DNA of 63,841 bases, counting the filler, from Hausera hauseri (lineage: Eukaryota), in assembly GCA_046269625.1 (NCBI GenBank). It is 12 parts of 12 records of this genome, joined end to end, with 100 filler letters (N's around TTAATTAATTAA, not from the genome) between each part and the next. Parts side by side here need not be neighbours in the genome. Positions count along the whole stretch, not along the records: positions 11,335 to 15,828 come from JBJURY010555227.1; positions 15,929 to 20,038 come from JBJURY010755875.1; positions 20,139 to 25,483 come from JBJURY010274174.1; 9 more parts are not named here. One strand, 5' to 3'. Shown one piece after another: positions 11,389 through 25,583 of this stretch. How positions within the stretch are numbered: position 1 is the first letter of the stretch; each line of letters opens with the position of its first letter. The notes beneath the pieces were generated by a model that saw only the letters and a program-made list of their open reading frames with translations, did no database searches and had not been told where the DNA came from. The position numbers and the translations under genes are program-made.

Positions 11389-14300
11389 AGTAATAGTTGT
11401 AAGAAAATTGCAATTCTGAACCACCCCGGGGAGTGCGAATCAATAAAATCAATATGGCACATGTGCATATCAATACTGCACACGGTGCACTTTCGATTGG
11501 TACTGTGCTAGGCGATGGTGCCGCTAGCATCGTTGCTAAGCACATTTTTTCACATTTGACAATTCGATCGCTGCATATTGCACAAATGACCGAATCGATC
11601 GGACCAAAGTGATAATCGATAGTGCACATCGATTGGTGCACAGTACAGGTGCGCAGCACATATGCAAGTGTCAAAAAATCAATAATATCGGTTTTTCGAT
11701 AATATCAATATTGATGATTATTACATGGCACCGCGTGAAATCTAGTACAAAATCGATTCTCTATGTGAATGTGCAAATAAAATTTAAATCGATAGAGTCG
11801 ATTTCGAATAATATCGATCCAAATTTAACTGGTGCAGACTTCCCATAGGTTTTTTAGGTCCTAAGGAGTCAAAATTCGGCAAATGTTTAAGCGAGAACAC
11901 ATAGGAAGTGGCACATTGTAACCCGGGTCTTCCATCTGAGATTACCGAAATTCGGTGAACAACTCGAAAAAATATCGATTTTCACCGAATATTATCGAAC
12001 ACCTTGGAATCCATAATGTTTTTGAGAAATCTGAGAGTGCCAGTCGATTCCCCATGTCTTAATGCATCTACATAACACTTTTCCGATGTGTAGCACGTGG
12101 GAAAGTGTGCTTTAATCAATAATAAGGGTTTTCCCATAAAACCTATAAAGTTGATTTTAGCACACAAGCAAGTGAAAATCAAAAAATGTAAAACCCTACA
12201 CACATAGAAACTAACATATGCTGTATCAGATTATGACGTCAGATATTTGAGAACTCGAATACAAGTTAAACTTTTCGAATAATTGATTTTCTATTCGAAT
12301 ATAAGCAAAAACCGAAAAATCTATAAGCGTAAAGGGATAGAAACCTATATATGGAGAATCTAAATATGACGTTAGATATTCGAAAAGAGGCGCAAATGAA
12401 AAAGCCTACTTTTCGACCGAATTTGAATATTCGAATAATACCATCGGATTCTTCATGTCCAGAAACCTTTGTAGACCAAAAGTTGGGTGTGCAAAGTATT
12501 TACAAGTGTCTCAAAATAAATAAAACATTGAAAAATTGTATAAGATTCGGTCAAGCGTGCACTATTCAAAGAATCTAATGGCGTCATTCGATTCCCCATG
12601 GAGAAAACCTATAGTACAATCAATATTGGCGCGGTACAGTGCACCATGGTGTATTAAACAAGGTTCTTCCAATATGGTAAAAGTACATAAAAATAATAAG
12701 TAATTATATTGTGCTTATTTTGATTGCACAATTGAAGTGGAATTGAAAGAGAAGCATACTAAAATCGATAAATCTAATATTGCACACAGATAGGAACACA
12801 TATATGGAGAATCGAAATACAATGTCAGATATTCAAATACATAATTGTAATCGATCAATTATCGATTCGAACTCGAAAACTCGATAAAACGAGCATTATT
12901 CGAAGAATCTGATGGCTTTAATCGATTGAATGAAAACCTATTTGGCGCCCAAGTGAATTTAATATAATGCAGCGGCATTATGGATACAAATCCAAAAGGA
13001 TCCAATATTATATGTCCAGAATGTGAAACTGTATGCGATGTAGATTACATACAGTTCTATTATGATCACAAACATCATTTAAAGAAGGTCAAAAAAGCCA
13101 AAGAAAGGACATCTTTAATGAGCAACATAATAATGATTCATCTGCTTCGCAGTATGATGCTTCGCAATATTTTGCTTCGCATTATATATTAGAAACATAT
13201 TCGCGAAACATATTAGAGAATTGAAACGTATAGCCGCATTAAGCACATTAGGTGCAGCCACATCAGACGCAGCGGCTCCATCAAAAAGCCAAAGACAACG
13301 GCCAGTTGATGTGGCAGCATTAAAGAGAAAATGCCGCAGCTATGTTATTTATGCAACTGGTCAAACAATTATCCAAGACTTTCTGGAATATACAAAGGAT
13401 AAGACAGAGGAAATTCTTCAGGACAACATGGTTGAGTTCAAAGCCCTTAAGGTGAATATAAAACTGGAAGCCACATACATCACTATTGGTGGCGAAGAAT
13501 TCAATAAGGCATTCAAGACCAAAAATAGACCCATATAGAAAAACACCAATATAGCAGAATGGATGCAAGAGGCATACGAGAAGGTGATCCGTGAAGCCGG
13601 GAGAGCCAGGATAAGAAGAGCGAATGGACTCTGGCAACCATCAAGAGATTGATTGTGTATGTGCACAAGTACTCTCCCATGCGGGACAGTTCATATTTTC
13701 AACTCCCTGATTGGATCGCTAATAAAACACATGTGTCAATGTCCATAATGGCGACAACGTGTTTTATGTATGCCATTCTATCAAAACTAGTAACGGATCA
13801 AAATCGTGCTTTACGAATTTGGCTAGATAAGGATGTGCAGCACAACTATGACTTCCAATGTATCAAGTTTCCTCCATCCATAGATAAAGTTAAAAAATTA
13901 AAAAAAGTCAACAACATGTCCATCAATATCTTGGGATTAGATGAGGATGATAAATTCTATCCCCTGCTGATATGTGATACTGAATTGGAAGATCATAGGG
14001 ATCTGCTCCTACTAGAATATGGAGAAAAGAAAGATTATGTATGGATCAAAGACTTTGGACAGCTAGTCAGATCACAAATTACGAAACATCATGGACAAAT
14101 AGAAATATTTAAACGTTGTTTGTCCCATTTCAGCGGCGATGTAGCTGTATTGAAGCTGAAAGAGCACAAGATGTACTGCAACAATAATTACTGTATCAGG
14201 CCAGATTTTCCCAACGAGGACTACATTGAATTCCGGAAGTTTGAGAAGAAGATTAAGGTCCCAGTAGTTATCTATTGCGACTTTAAGGCTATTTTGCGTC

Positions 14301-15828
14301 CAGTTCAGAGTTTCAGTCCGAATCTCCAACATACAGCACAACGGCATACCAATATCATGAGCTCTCATAATATTGCATGTATGCTAAAGGACTGGACAGT
14401 GAACCATATCTATTCAGGGATCCAGGCGCACAGCTCATTTCATGAAACGACTTGAAGATATGGCTCATAGGATTGGAGATATGCAGCAGCAGCATAAGGA
14501 TACAATGAGCATGTCGAATCAGCAAGAAGAAGAATGTCACAAGGCAACAGCATGTTACTTGTGCTTTAAATCATCCACTAAGGATAATTGTAAAGTCAGG
14601 GATAATTGTTATTTTAGATGCAAATATCGGGGCGCGGCATGCAACAACTGAATATATACATTGCAAAACATGTACACATGTGCCTGTAGTATTCCATAAT
14701 CTTAGTGGCTATGATTCCCATTTCACTGTTCGGGAACTGGGCAGTATTGAAGGAAACAATGATGTGATCCCTAATAATGAGGAAAAAGTACATGTTGGGA
14801 AAATCAGGCTTCGCTTCGTAGACAGTTTCCGTTTCATGTAGCCTTCACTTAACAGTTTAGTGAAGAACCTCCCTGCAAAAGAACTTAAGGAGATGAAGCG
14901 GTTCTTTCCGACTTCATTTGACCTAGTCAAAATAAAAGGCCTGTTTCGCTATGACTATATAACAATATTGGAAACACTGGATGAGACCTCATTGCCGGCC
15001 AAGAAGGACTTTTACAATATCCTCTCTGATTGCGATATCAGTAATATAAACTACTAGCATGCTCAGAACATCTGGCATGCATTCCAGTGCAGAAGATTAG
15101 GGGAATACAGCGATATATACCTCAAGTCGGACGTGCTGCTTCTGACGGATGTCTTTGAGAGTTTCAGTGATGTTACGATGAAGGGCCATGTATTGGATCC
15201 GGCTCATTTCTTTACGGCTCCAGGGATGCGCTGGGCAGCAATGCTAAGATATACAGGTGTCCGGCTGCAAATCATAAAGTATTACGACATAATCCTCATG
15301 ATCGAGAGAGGCATTAGAGGAGGAATATGCCAGTCCATTTACCGATATAGCGAGGCCAACAACAAGTATATGACTCAGTATGATCCATCCAAGGAATCCT
15401 CATATATATCATACCTGGATGCTAACAACCTATATGGATGGACATTGAGCGCCCCATTACCATATGATAACTTCAAATGGGTCGAGCATCCTGAAAACAT
15501 CCCTATACCGGACCTGGACCACACTGGTAACACGGGCTACATACTAGAGATGGATATGGAATATCCGGCTTCTATCCACATAAGGCATCAACAGCTGCCT
15601 TACCTCCGTGACAGCAAGCCTCCGCCCCATGGAAAGCATAGAAAGCTGCTCTGCCGTCTGAATAGTAGGGAGAGGTGTGTAGTCCACTACATTAATCTCC
15701 AGCAGTCGGTCAGGAATGGACTCCGCATTACTAAGATCCATCGGGCCCTGCAGTTCCGGCAGTCAGATCTCAATAAGAATCTGCGGACAAATGCCAAGAA
15801 CGACTCTGAGAAGGACCCGTTTAAGTTG
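11389..15828 (+). mobile_element. Left part of a Polinton/Maverick (adintovirus-like) element
   Basis: AGTAATAGT terminus homologous to 1-109, then about 1.5 kb non-coding DNA rich in TGCAC/ATCGAT/TTCGA motifs, then pPolB. Confidence 0.75.
13221..15828 (+). pseudogene. Protein-primed family B DNA polymerase (Polinton type), frameshifted and 3'-truncated
   Basis: VIYCDF, KVRD.C...[66 protein letters not shown] and YLDANNLYGW motifs in order across frames. Confidence 0.9.
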
Positions 15829-16009
15829 NNNNNNNNNNNNNNNNNNNNNNNNNNNNNNNNNNNNNNNNNNNNTTAATTAATTAANNNNNNNNNNNNNNNN
15901 NNNNNNNNNNNNNNNNNNNNNNNNNNNNAATCCGACCTCAACGTCACTCGATGATTGTAAGACTGAATTATGCATTAGAAATTTATTATAAAAGTTTTAT
16001 ATAACGCTT

Positions 16010-16446
16010 TTATCGTCACTGCGATAGATGTCCTTTCTCATCTCTGGATTGTCGCAACAGTGGATCATCAATTCCTCTATTAGGGTTTCCAATGTTACTT
16101 TGTGGCTAAGTATGCTCTTCGCCAATTGTTCAATTTTGTTGAAGTAGGCGTCCGATTCTGCCCCCTCATTCTGTAGTTCCAGGCCTCATGCAAATCTCCG
16201 CACAACGTTGTGGGTTTTGAAAATGCTTTTCTCAGCCGGTTTTGGTACCCTTTCACGTTTTGGTTCACCAGATTGTATTTTTCCTTTTCTTCATCTGCCA
16301 TGAGACATAGGATCACAGTTTCCCGGTCCGTCTCCGACATCTTTATGAAGTCGAAGTATCTGTCGCATTATCCAATAAAGGTTTCCACGTTGTCACTTTC
16401 TGGAATTCTTTTGGCATCAATTTCTTCTCGAAAAAGTCTCTTGAAG
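16010..16446 (-). pseudogene. gag: Gypsy gag fragment, family B
   Basis: KGYQNRLRKAF.KPT.LC.DL is shared with 25692-26057 and 43114-43578. Confidence 0.8.
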
Positions 16447-16458
16447 CGTGGTTCGCCA
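16447..16458 (-). promoter_or_regulatory. Primer-binding site (tRNA-Arg-like)
   Basis: TGGCGAACCACG directly follows the LTR CA end on the minus strand. The tRNA identity is tentative. Confidence 0.55.
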
Positions 16459-16679
16459 TGTTAGTAGATCGCGTTTCTACCAATCCGACATTAACGTCAC
16501 TCGATGATTCTAAGACTGAATTATGCATTAGAAATTTATTATAAAAGTTTGTATAACAATTGTCTTTTTCACTCATTAAATGACTCTTATTTTCCTCCTT
16601 TCCTGAATTTCCTGACATTTTATTGGCTTAACTTTGAATTGAATTTAAATCTTAATATCCGTTAAAATTCCTCCTCACA
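16459..16679 (-). mobile_element. 5' LTR of family B (about 221 bp)
   Basis: TGTGAG...CTAACA, homologous to the solo LTR at 41040-41254. A partial duplicate lies at 15929-16005. Confidence 0.8.
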
Positions 16680-16754
16680 GTTTTCACGAAACAGGGAGAG
16701 AATAAATGATATATAGAAGAGAGAATAAATGTTATATATAAATGTCTGGACAAT

Positions 16755-16889
16755 ATCACGTGACTTTCAGCACGCATCGCGTGACCAATCACGTGACGCG
16801 TGGGAGGATATCGCGTAACGCGTGTGCGAATCACGTGATGCGTAGGAGACCCCCCCCGGTTAACCCAGAAACCCCCCTGTCCCACTACT
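16755..16889 (-). mobile_element. Second, unrelated Polinton-like terminus
   Basis: GC-rich island with TCACGTGA at 16756, 16789 and 16831, C-runs, and an ACTACT end (16884-16889). Confidence 0.45.
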
Positions 16890-17804
16890 AATCAGCAGTG
16901 GAATCGCCGTCACCGTACCAGCTTCTATTGTGATAAGATTTTCTATTGGCCCAGTATATCCAGGTTTCATCAATCAGTTTTTTCTGGCACCTTTGTTTTC
17001 ATTATAATCCTTTACTAATTAATAAATGTAGTATAGTTTCATTTACAAATTTGTAACGTAATCAATGGGTTCCATTATTTTATTTTAGAGATGATTACAG
17101 TGCAAAGTTACGGCACATGAAAAATGATCTCCATTTTACAGTAGATCAATCATCAAATTCATGTAAAGTCGTGATCACGAATTATGTGGAACACGAGTTG
17201 AAGAATGATAAAATGGAATTGGCATTACTTGGGAATAAAATTAAATTAAAATTTCAAACGGAATTGGAATTATTGGAGGAAAATATCGGTGCGTATAATT
17301 GCTTATTCTTGGAAAATAAAAATGGATATCATTTTAAAATCCTTTACAATAACAATAATACAAACCCACGCCAATTAATTAAAAGATGAAAATGCAATAT
17401 TTTGTATAATCATTGTATTTAATTTGTCAATTATAGTACCTTATTGCATAGGGTAAGAATGTATTAAATTTGTAATTGAAAATAAACAAAAATATCCAAA
17501 AGGCTAACACAATATGATCAGTCAATATTGCGTGGGTGCATATTGATCAACCACTCTGAATAAACAAAGTAAACAAAGTGATTATTGACTCAATAAATGG
17601 AAAATAAACTTACCAAATTGACACTTTGCTTTCCGAAATTGCTGCCTGAAACGAATAAATTGATTTTAGATTTAATAAATGAAAAACAAACGTACCAATT
17701 TGATTTCCCATCTGTCGAACTGAAATCTGAATTAAATGTAAATAAAAAACCAATTATAACGCTTACTTGTACAAATTTTTATTGACTATGGGTGTTATTT
17801 TATT

Positions 17805-18326
17805 TGTAATAGTAATGAACTGACACTGGGTTAAGAGTATATATACCAGATTCTAAAACGCTTAAAAACGCAAAGACTATTCTGCGTGATTAGTCTGTAC
17901 CTTATTATCATCGGTGAGTATATTTGATTCTTTTAAATTATACGGTTATCACTTACTTACATGAATATTATTTTTAGAGCAATTATAATTTTGGTACTTA
18001 CAAAATAACTGTCTTCTATTTTTTTTCTTAAGTAACTATAATTAATTAACTAAATTGATTGGTTCCATCGCCGTCCAGGTCGATCCTACCTGACGGAAAC
18101 GTCTAACTAATTTGAGCGTCAAGTAAAACTTTAGAGTAACGACTAAGGCCTAATCGGCTACTGCACTGGACATATTACCTATAAGTTAGAGTTAGGTAGG
18201 AGCTTCGTATTTATCTGACCCCTCTCGCTGCACGAAGTTATTAAAGTAAATCTTGTTCTCCCCATTAATTCACCAATATATAGAGATAAAAAGCCTCTCA
18301 CAAGTTGAATTAGTGAGGATTGAACA
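17805..18326 (+). mobile_element. 5' LTR (about 522 bp) of a Gypsy element
   Basis: TGTAA...GAACA followed 2 nt later by a PBS and then gag. TATA at 17838. The left boundary is inferred. Confidence 0.65.
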
Positions 18327-18328
18327 AT

Positions 18329-18346
18329 TGGTGCCGTGACCCGGGA
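18329..18346 (+). promoter_or_regulatory. Primer-binding site, tRNA-His
   Basis: TGGTGCCGTGACCCGG closely matches the complement of the eukaryotic tRNA-His 3' end (TGGTGCCGTGACTCGG). Confidence 0.85.
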
Positions 18347-18442
18347 TTTATTTTGAAAGTTAACCTTTAGAAGAAGCAAAATTACAACTAGGAAAGTACT
18401 AGATGTCAAGAAGATAACGAACTACATTACGGTTTAGAATAT

Positions 18443-20038
18443 TTGGATAACTTATCGGAAGAAAACGACATGGCAAATAATAATGTGGTGGAACAATATG
18501 TACAGTTAAATGCTGATTATATCTTACCCGTGGAAAAGTTTAGTGTAAAAGATGATGTACAAGACTTCATAATGGAATATGAAGTATACTCGAAAAGTTT
18601 TGGATGGGATGGTAAGCAAAGAATGGAACGTTTACGTCTTCATCTATAGGGAACTGCATGAACAATTTACTTCAAAATGCCGGACGATGAAAAGAAGGAC
18701 TGGAAACGTATAAAAGAAAAGATGCCTCAAAAGTTTCTAGTTGATCCTTCTGGAGAAGGGAAAATAGAAGAATTCAAAAGAAGGAGGCAACGTAAAGATG
18801 ACACAGTCGAGGACTTCGTCTGTGTGCTGGAGAATTTTACAACTAGAGCATATCCAGATTCTGGGGTAAGGAACAATGCTTTGTTAGCTCAGTTCCAATA
18901 CATATTAGAAAAAAGGTTAAGGACAATAATCTCTTACGCGTATCCGCCTACGTTCCAAGAAGCGATAAGAAAAGCACAAAAAGCTGAACGCGATGCGGAA
19001 CTGTATAGATGGAGTAAGTCCAGAAGTAATAATAGTAACCACGATAGACAAATGAATAATAGCACACGAAGATATCAACGGTATAAGAACAGGAGCCCGT
19101 CTCAAACATCGGCTACAGAAGCTGAATCAGATGTGCAGAGAAAGGTCAGATTTAAGCTGAAGAATGATAGAGAAAAGTCCAATTATAAGAAGAAAAGTTC
19201 TATGAAAGACGGAAGGGCATTACCCAATATCAATTCAGAATGGAGGTTCAAGTGTTTTAATTATAATAAATACGGCCACATAGCAAAAACATGCACATCA
19301 CGAAAAAGAGATTCTTCGAAGTCCAATAGTAGTAAACAGAAGAAGAAGAATTATACGTCAGCCACTTCGGATGAATTCTCCGTTAAAGAATATGAAACAG
19401 AAGATAGTGAGCATGAAAGAAAAAGAAAGATAAAAAGAAAGAAAATTTAAATGATGTCAATTAGATATTGTCCCAACGTATGAAAAAGCAGATAGCTATA
19501 GAATTAAAGGATTATAAAACCCAACAGAAATTATTGAGAGAAAATAGTATTTATGTAACAGAAGAAAAACCAAAAGGAGGAAAACCTCGACAAGGACGAA
19601 AGAAGGGTAATAAAAAATAATAGAGGAGGTAGAATCCAGAGAAACTTCTGTGGAAAAAAGTGATGTAGAAAAGAGAAGAGGACGAAAGAAAAGTAAGTCT
19701 GGCGAGTTAGCATCAGAGAAAAGTGAAAAAGAAATGCAACCCACAAAAATTTTCGATGAAACCGTCATTGAGCAAGCAATACATGACACAGAAGTAGATT
19801 TAGATGCTGAAGATGACCTTATCCAAGCAGTAATTGCTATAGATCCTAAAAATATAATAGACATAAATTAAGCGACAAGCATAATATTAAAATTAATAGA
19901 CAGTAAGGTATGTACAGTTATAATAAAAAAAAATTTATTCCAGTTACTATTACTCGCCCACGATACTAGGCAAATAAGAGACAAGCATCGCTAATATTGG
20001 CTAAAGTACCTGAAGAGGAAAAAGGAAGAAACGAAACG
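18443..20038 (+). pseudogene. gag: Gypsy gag with a long K/E-rich C-terminal extension
   Basis: Capsid-like RQRKDDTVEDF..L and PPTFQEAIRKA, degenerate knuckle KCFNYNKYGHIAKTC, in-frame stops. No protease motif before the contig end. Confidence 0.85.
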
Positions 20039-21061
20039 NNNNNNNNNNNNNNNNNNNNNNNNNNNNNNNNNNNNNNNNNNNNTTAATTAATTAANNNNNN
20101 NNNNNNNNNNNNNNNNNNNNNNNNNNNNNNNNNNNNNNTGATGAAGATCTTAGTAAGATCGAAATATTAGAACGTTCGAATCCTGCAACATTATTGTCCT
20201 CTAAAAGACATGTATAGTTTAATAACTTTATATGTTGCTCCTAAAGAATCCTACTAATAACTTATAACTAATAATAGAAATACATTAAAGTAAAATAATG
20301 GCAAACAGAAATCAATTATTCGAAGTCAACAATAAATAAAAATCAATTAAATTCATAGCAGTTGTTCAGTCAAGCGATCACAATTTGTTTGTGTTCAGTT
20401 TTCAGTCAGTGTCAGTAAATTTGTTTGCTTCTTTTTGAGTTTTATTTTTCACTTAGACTGGTTCGAACATATATAATATACTATATTTGTTATCTTGATT
20501 TTTATATAGCTGTTTATATAGAGTCAAATGTTTGTCAACGTGTTCTCTCAGAGTTGCGCATAAGTTAATTAAGAATTTTTAAGAAAAAATAAGGTTGGCG
20601 TAATATACTAGAGGCTCAGCTGCTCAACGCTTTATTTAAATTTGGGGCAGTTTAAATTTTATTTATGAAAAAGGATAAATAAAATAACAACTATCAAGCA
20701 ATGAAAGCCAAGATAATTGCCATAAAAGTAAAACCACTGATTTCATTGGATTTGAAGTCCGAAAAGAAAAGTTTTCACCAAATTTTTAAAGGTCCAAGAG
20801 CGCAGATAGGTTGTTCAGATGTTATGAGGTCTCTTACTGTTTTAGTAACTCTTGTTGGATATCGTTATTTTCATCATAACCTTGCAGCAGCTTGACCTGG
20901 TTTGGTACTTTTGCTGTACTAATTATAAACATATTCACAACTTTTTATAAATAAAATATTAATTGAATGCTAATAGAATGCGTGGTTCCTAGTGAACCTT
21001 AAGATCAAAAAATCAATTGATTTAATTTCGGAATTTTTATACAAAAATAAACTTCACTTAC

Positions 21062-21401
21062 CTCATCATTTTTCCCAGGTGGAAAGTAAAGTTCCATATA
21101 CCCATGCGGTATGTATTCTTGGGAATAATCGAATTTTGTTGACTTCATTAAAGCGTTTCTGACTTTGGAATATGCCCCGTCATTTCCAATCAACAAATCG
21201 TAATGAACTTCTTTCTTCGAATCTTCGCTAAATTAAGTGAGAAAAAGAAACAATGTTCGAATACTTCTCGAAATATGCGATTTGTTTTTCCAAATCCACG
21301 CTAACTAGTTTGTGTTTAAAATGCATTTTAACACCACCAGTTTCTTCTGCTTTGTCTATTAGTAGTTCATTGAGTTTTCGTCTATTAACAGACATGATGT
21401 A
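21062..21401 (-). CDS. KMO: Kynurenine 3-monooxygenase, two internal exons (21265-21401 and 21062-21227)
   Basis: YIMSVNRRKLNELL..AE....VKMHF.HKL and DLLIGNDGAYSKVR..LMK..KFDYSQEYIPHGYMEL.FPP. A 37-nt GT-AG intron (21228-21264) keeps the frame, with flanking TTTCAG acceptor and GTAAGT donor. Confidence 0.92.
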
Positions 21402-23259
21402 CTGAAATTAAATGTACTTGGAAAAATTCGGCAAAAGTTATCTAAAATTTTATAATACACACACATACACACGCATACACACACAAATCAACGACTAATG
21501 GAAATTGAAAGTACAAAATTCAAATATAAGTTAAAATTAGAAAATTTCGAAAATTGCGCAGTCTAATTTTAATTTAAATTAAGAGCCAAGTACGTTATTC
21601 ATATCATTATCAGAAATTCGAATACTCTTTTCGGGAATAAAATTTTCAAAAAAAATAGTAAATGAATCAAAAGGATTGATATAAATAATCATACTTTATT
21701 TATAAGAACGTACGTAAATAAATTAAATAGTGAAAATTTGAAACATTTTTAAATAATTTGGTAATCATTGAATATCAATTTAGTAGAAATATGCATTTTT
21801 ATCTCTTTCATCATTGATCGATTATTAAGATTTTTTGGTATTTATTATAACAAATTGTACATTATTTCGAGCAGCTTATTAGCTTATTTTGTATTACTAA
21901 TTGCTAAACATTTAGACATTTATAAGCAATCAAGGTTACATTATTGGAGCTGGTTTCCATGTTGATGCGTTTATTTCGTTCACTCATAATTTGGAAGGTA
22001 TTCGGAAATTCAATCAATCAATTAGCTTAGAGATATCTGCAAATTTCGGATGTATCCCTTTTGGATTTGTTTGGTATATTAGTTGCTGTGTATCGGTCTT
22101 GTTTTGGTTCGAATGAACAAATTATAGCAGAGGAAGGACACAGTATTGTATAAACTGTTTGAATTGGTTAGGCTTTTGTCGGTATAACGTATGGTTTCTG
22201 TATTAACGAATCATAGTAAAATGGATGACGATAATTCTGACGATCGTCACTGAAATCGTTGCTGCAAATCTTTAATATCAAGTCGAATCACGGGGATTTC
22301 AAATTTTATTTATGGAAATTTTCTATATTGCTCTGACGACTTGCGACTTGGTTGACCCAGGATTCCGAGCATGTCCAGGTTATCTGGGATGTAATTGCTC
22401 CGATAATTGTTCTGAAACTCGGACTTCGGTAATTATTTACATTCCTAGTTGCTGTTATCCTTTAACTCGGGTTGTCCTTTAAAATAGTACTTATTAATTA
22501 ACGCAACGGATGTTAATTAACACCGGAAAATTTACTAGATTTTGCTTTTTTTTGTATAAAATTTTGTATATTTTTTAGTAGTAGATACTTGTATTGGAAT
22601 GATGAAATTCTTGAGAATGAACGGACAATAAAACAACCAGTACTTGTTTGGTTTATATTTTCAAAAGGGACCGAGGAATAGAAATATTTCTCCGTTATTT
22701 CGCGACAAAATGTCCCGGATGAAAGCATGCATTATTGTACTGTTGAATGTACACTATATGATAGACCATATTGGTACTTGTGTATTTTGTTTCCAATTTC
22801 ATTAATTATTTGATTATTAACTTGCTGCCTTGGATAACTATAACACCCATCAGTAGGTTTAACAAAATAAAACAAGAAGACGTTTAAATGTATATACAAG
22901 GTTCATTATTAACACAGTATTTACAATGCCATATAAATGTTATTATCAATTTCACAAATGCCAAATTGTGAGACTAATGTTATTGTCAGTTGCAATTTCT
23001 CGATCAAATGTTATTATCGGATTTCTGAAACATCTGCGTTTCGGTTCTTTATTCGGAATCGGAACTCTATTAGGATTTGAATCGGATTGGAATTTAGAAT
23101 GTTGTTTTGATTTAGAATTCGGCTGTTATGATTTCTATTGCAATGTAGTATTACGGGTTGTTGTTTATTAATCAACCCTAATATTATTAAGACAGTGGAA
23201 ATAGTTCAAAAAGCTGTCAAAATTAATATGCTGTCACAGAAAAAGAATAGCTTATGTCA

Positions 23260-24002
23260 TTAAAGTTGACTTCTTTGTGTCAAAGTGTGCCTTTCGGTAC
23301 TCCTTAACTTTAAAAGCCGAACTGTTTCTGTTCTTCATTGTTAGTATGCAGCTTGTTGTACTCTTCCGTCAAGGCCACATCGCATTCTGCTATATCATTC
23401 GCAACTCTCAGACACTGAATGCTTGCCTTAACTGACTTTAACTTATTGTCATCGTCCCACTGGCTTACATATTCGAGAAGAAAGCTTGACGGAAGTCCTG
23501 TGATGGCGAAAAATCTGCGAGTGTTAAATGTGACAAAATCTGAAATTCTTGTGTTCGTATAAGCTTGAGGTTCAGTGAAAGTCGCTTGATTATATGCTCC
23601 CCTCCACACGCTTCTAGAGCTCTGGCCATGTTATGTTTTGTTTCAAGTGAGACCTCATCATGTAAGAGGGCAAATGATACCAGTTCTTCTGACAGATACC
23701 ATAGGGAACAGCAAGAACTTGTTGAAGGCAACTTTAGTAACTTCTCTATTTTCTGCATATTTATCAATTTTTTGAAGGAAAAGAAGAACATTTCAGGGAG
23801 CAGAATGTTCTGAAGCAGCTTCAAACCAGAACTTCAGGTACAATTTTACTACAAAAATACAAATATTTCGAATTCCAGTTTCTTCTCTCTTTGACAGTGT
23901 AAACTGACTCCTGAACATCCACACCTTCAAGGAATATATTGCCTTGATCATCCATCTAAACATATGAATCCCAGCTGGCGATTTGAATGATAATCTTTTC
24001 AC
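23260..24002 (-). pseudogene. hAT-superfamily (hATm-like) transposase, C-terminal part
   Basis: RWMIKAIYSLK, LWYLSEELV and LRVANDIAE.DV.L.EEYN...T.NEEQKQ motifs across frameshifts. The subfamily call is from memory. Confidence 0.7.
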
Positions 24003-25583
24003 AGGAACGGCTGAGTAGATAGAAGTGAGCGCACGGCGTCAAACCCCAGGGAAAGAAAGCGTTGAGCGTGGGAAAATTTTCTGGCCCGTTTGAAAGTCGG
24101 AGCATGTAGTAGCATAGTTTTTGGCCTTGGGATGTTGGAATCAAATTCTGTTTCAGGATCGGCCGAGGAAAGTTCGCTCAGTGTATGAGGAAAGACAAAT
24201 ACTAATGGTCGATAACTGAGGATTTTAATTACGAGGGACATACATTATAAAGAAGAGTTGAGTTTAAAAGAACCGAGATTTCAAACAAGAATGTCGAAAA
24301 TCCAAAGGACAGCTAGAAGAACAGGGCCTGAATGCGGCAGGCTAATGTAGAAAGAATTTCTATCAATAAGATCAAAAACAGACAAAGCGTAAAGATCTTG
24401 AGAACATAGTGGCCACACGCAAAATACCAGAAATGACAACCAGTAAAACGCATTGATAGTTTATGCAAACAACTTGTAAAAATTACAACTGGATATAGAT
24501 ACCGGGAAAGTGTTAACGTGGATATCCATGACACTGTACTAGCTTGACACTTGATGATGATAATGATTATGAAACGATGCAGGAGAAGAAGCTGCAAGCC
24601 GAATGAGAGCAGACAATTATCGTAACTGTCTTAATTCAATATAATCAAACAATTCAGAAGCATGTGAACTAAATTAACGGGCTCCTTTGTAAAAGCTTCG
24701 TCACAGTTCCTTCGTCACAGCTTATAGTGCTAACCAAACATTTTGCTCAGCAACCATTAAGCTGTTAGCAGAAGACGGCACCGCCAAAAGGAACCAGCCT
24801 GTCACATTTTGAAAACCTATGTATCACAAAACGACCAAAAGTTGTCGATTTTAACCTAGCCTGGTGTCTTTTGTCTCATCGACGAAATGGCGAATTTCAA
24901 TTTTAACATAACTGTTTTTCATAGCCAAGCTTCCCTTGTTTTATTCGAATTGTTTTGACACTAGAAAACTGTTGAACATTAGAATGTAGTCTTCCTTCAG
25001 CTTGAACATGTATAACTGATAGGTGAAGTAAGTGAAGTGGGGCAGCAATAGCGTTTCATTGTGGGACTCACTTTGAAGAGCTTCATTTCATTGCGCAGTG
25101 TTATGTTGACTGTACAGCAATGTCACGGTATCTGGCTCACAAGCTTCATGAATGTCATAGTCAGTCATGACGACTATTCTGATCGGATTAGACTAAACGG
25201 TTTGATATCCCTATACCCATTCGCCAATCCTCCCAAACAGTACGCAGACCAACGGTGGCGACACTCTCCAGTGCTCGCTCTACATTACGCGCTAAACAAA
25301 TGGAATATTCCAATCATAGGGTGCCCATTGGTATAAATATCTGGACAAGGCGTGGACGAAAACTGCAATGCAGTATTTTTTAAAGAGGATATTGTGCCGA
25401 ACGAAAATACCGCCTTTATTATTACTATAAGTAAAACTATTCTCCGAACGATTAGGGTTAAGAAATAGTGTTTAACGCGTTCTNNNNNNNNNNNNNNNNN
25501 NNNNNNNNNNNNNNNNNNNNNNNNNNNTTAATTAATTAANNNNNNNNNNNNNNNNNNNNNNNNNNNNNNNNNNNNNNNNNNNN

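Noticed and set aside
17117-17785. Short plus-strand ORFs as a host gene
   Set aside because: No recognisable motif and no exon chain I can support.
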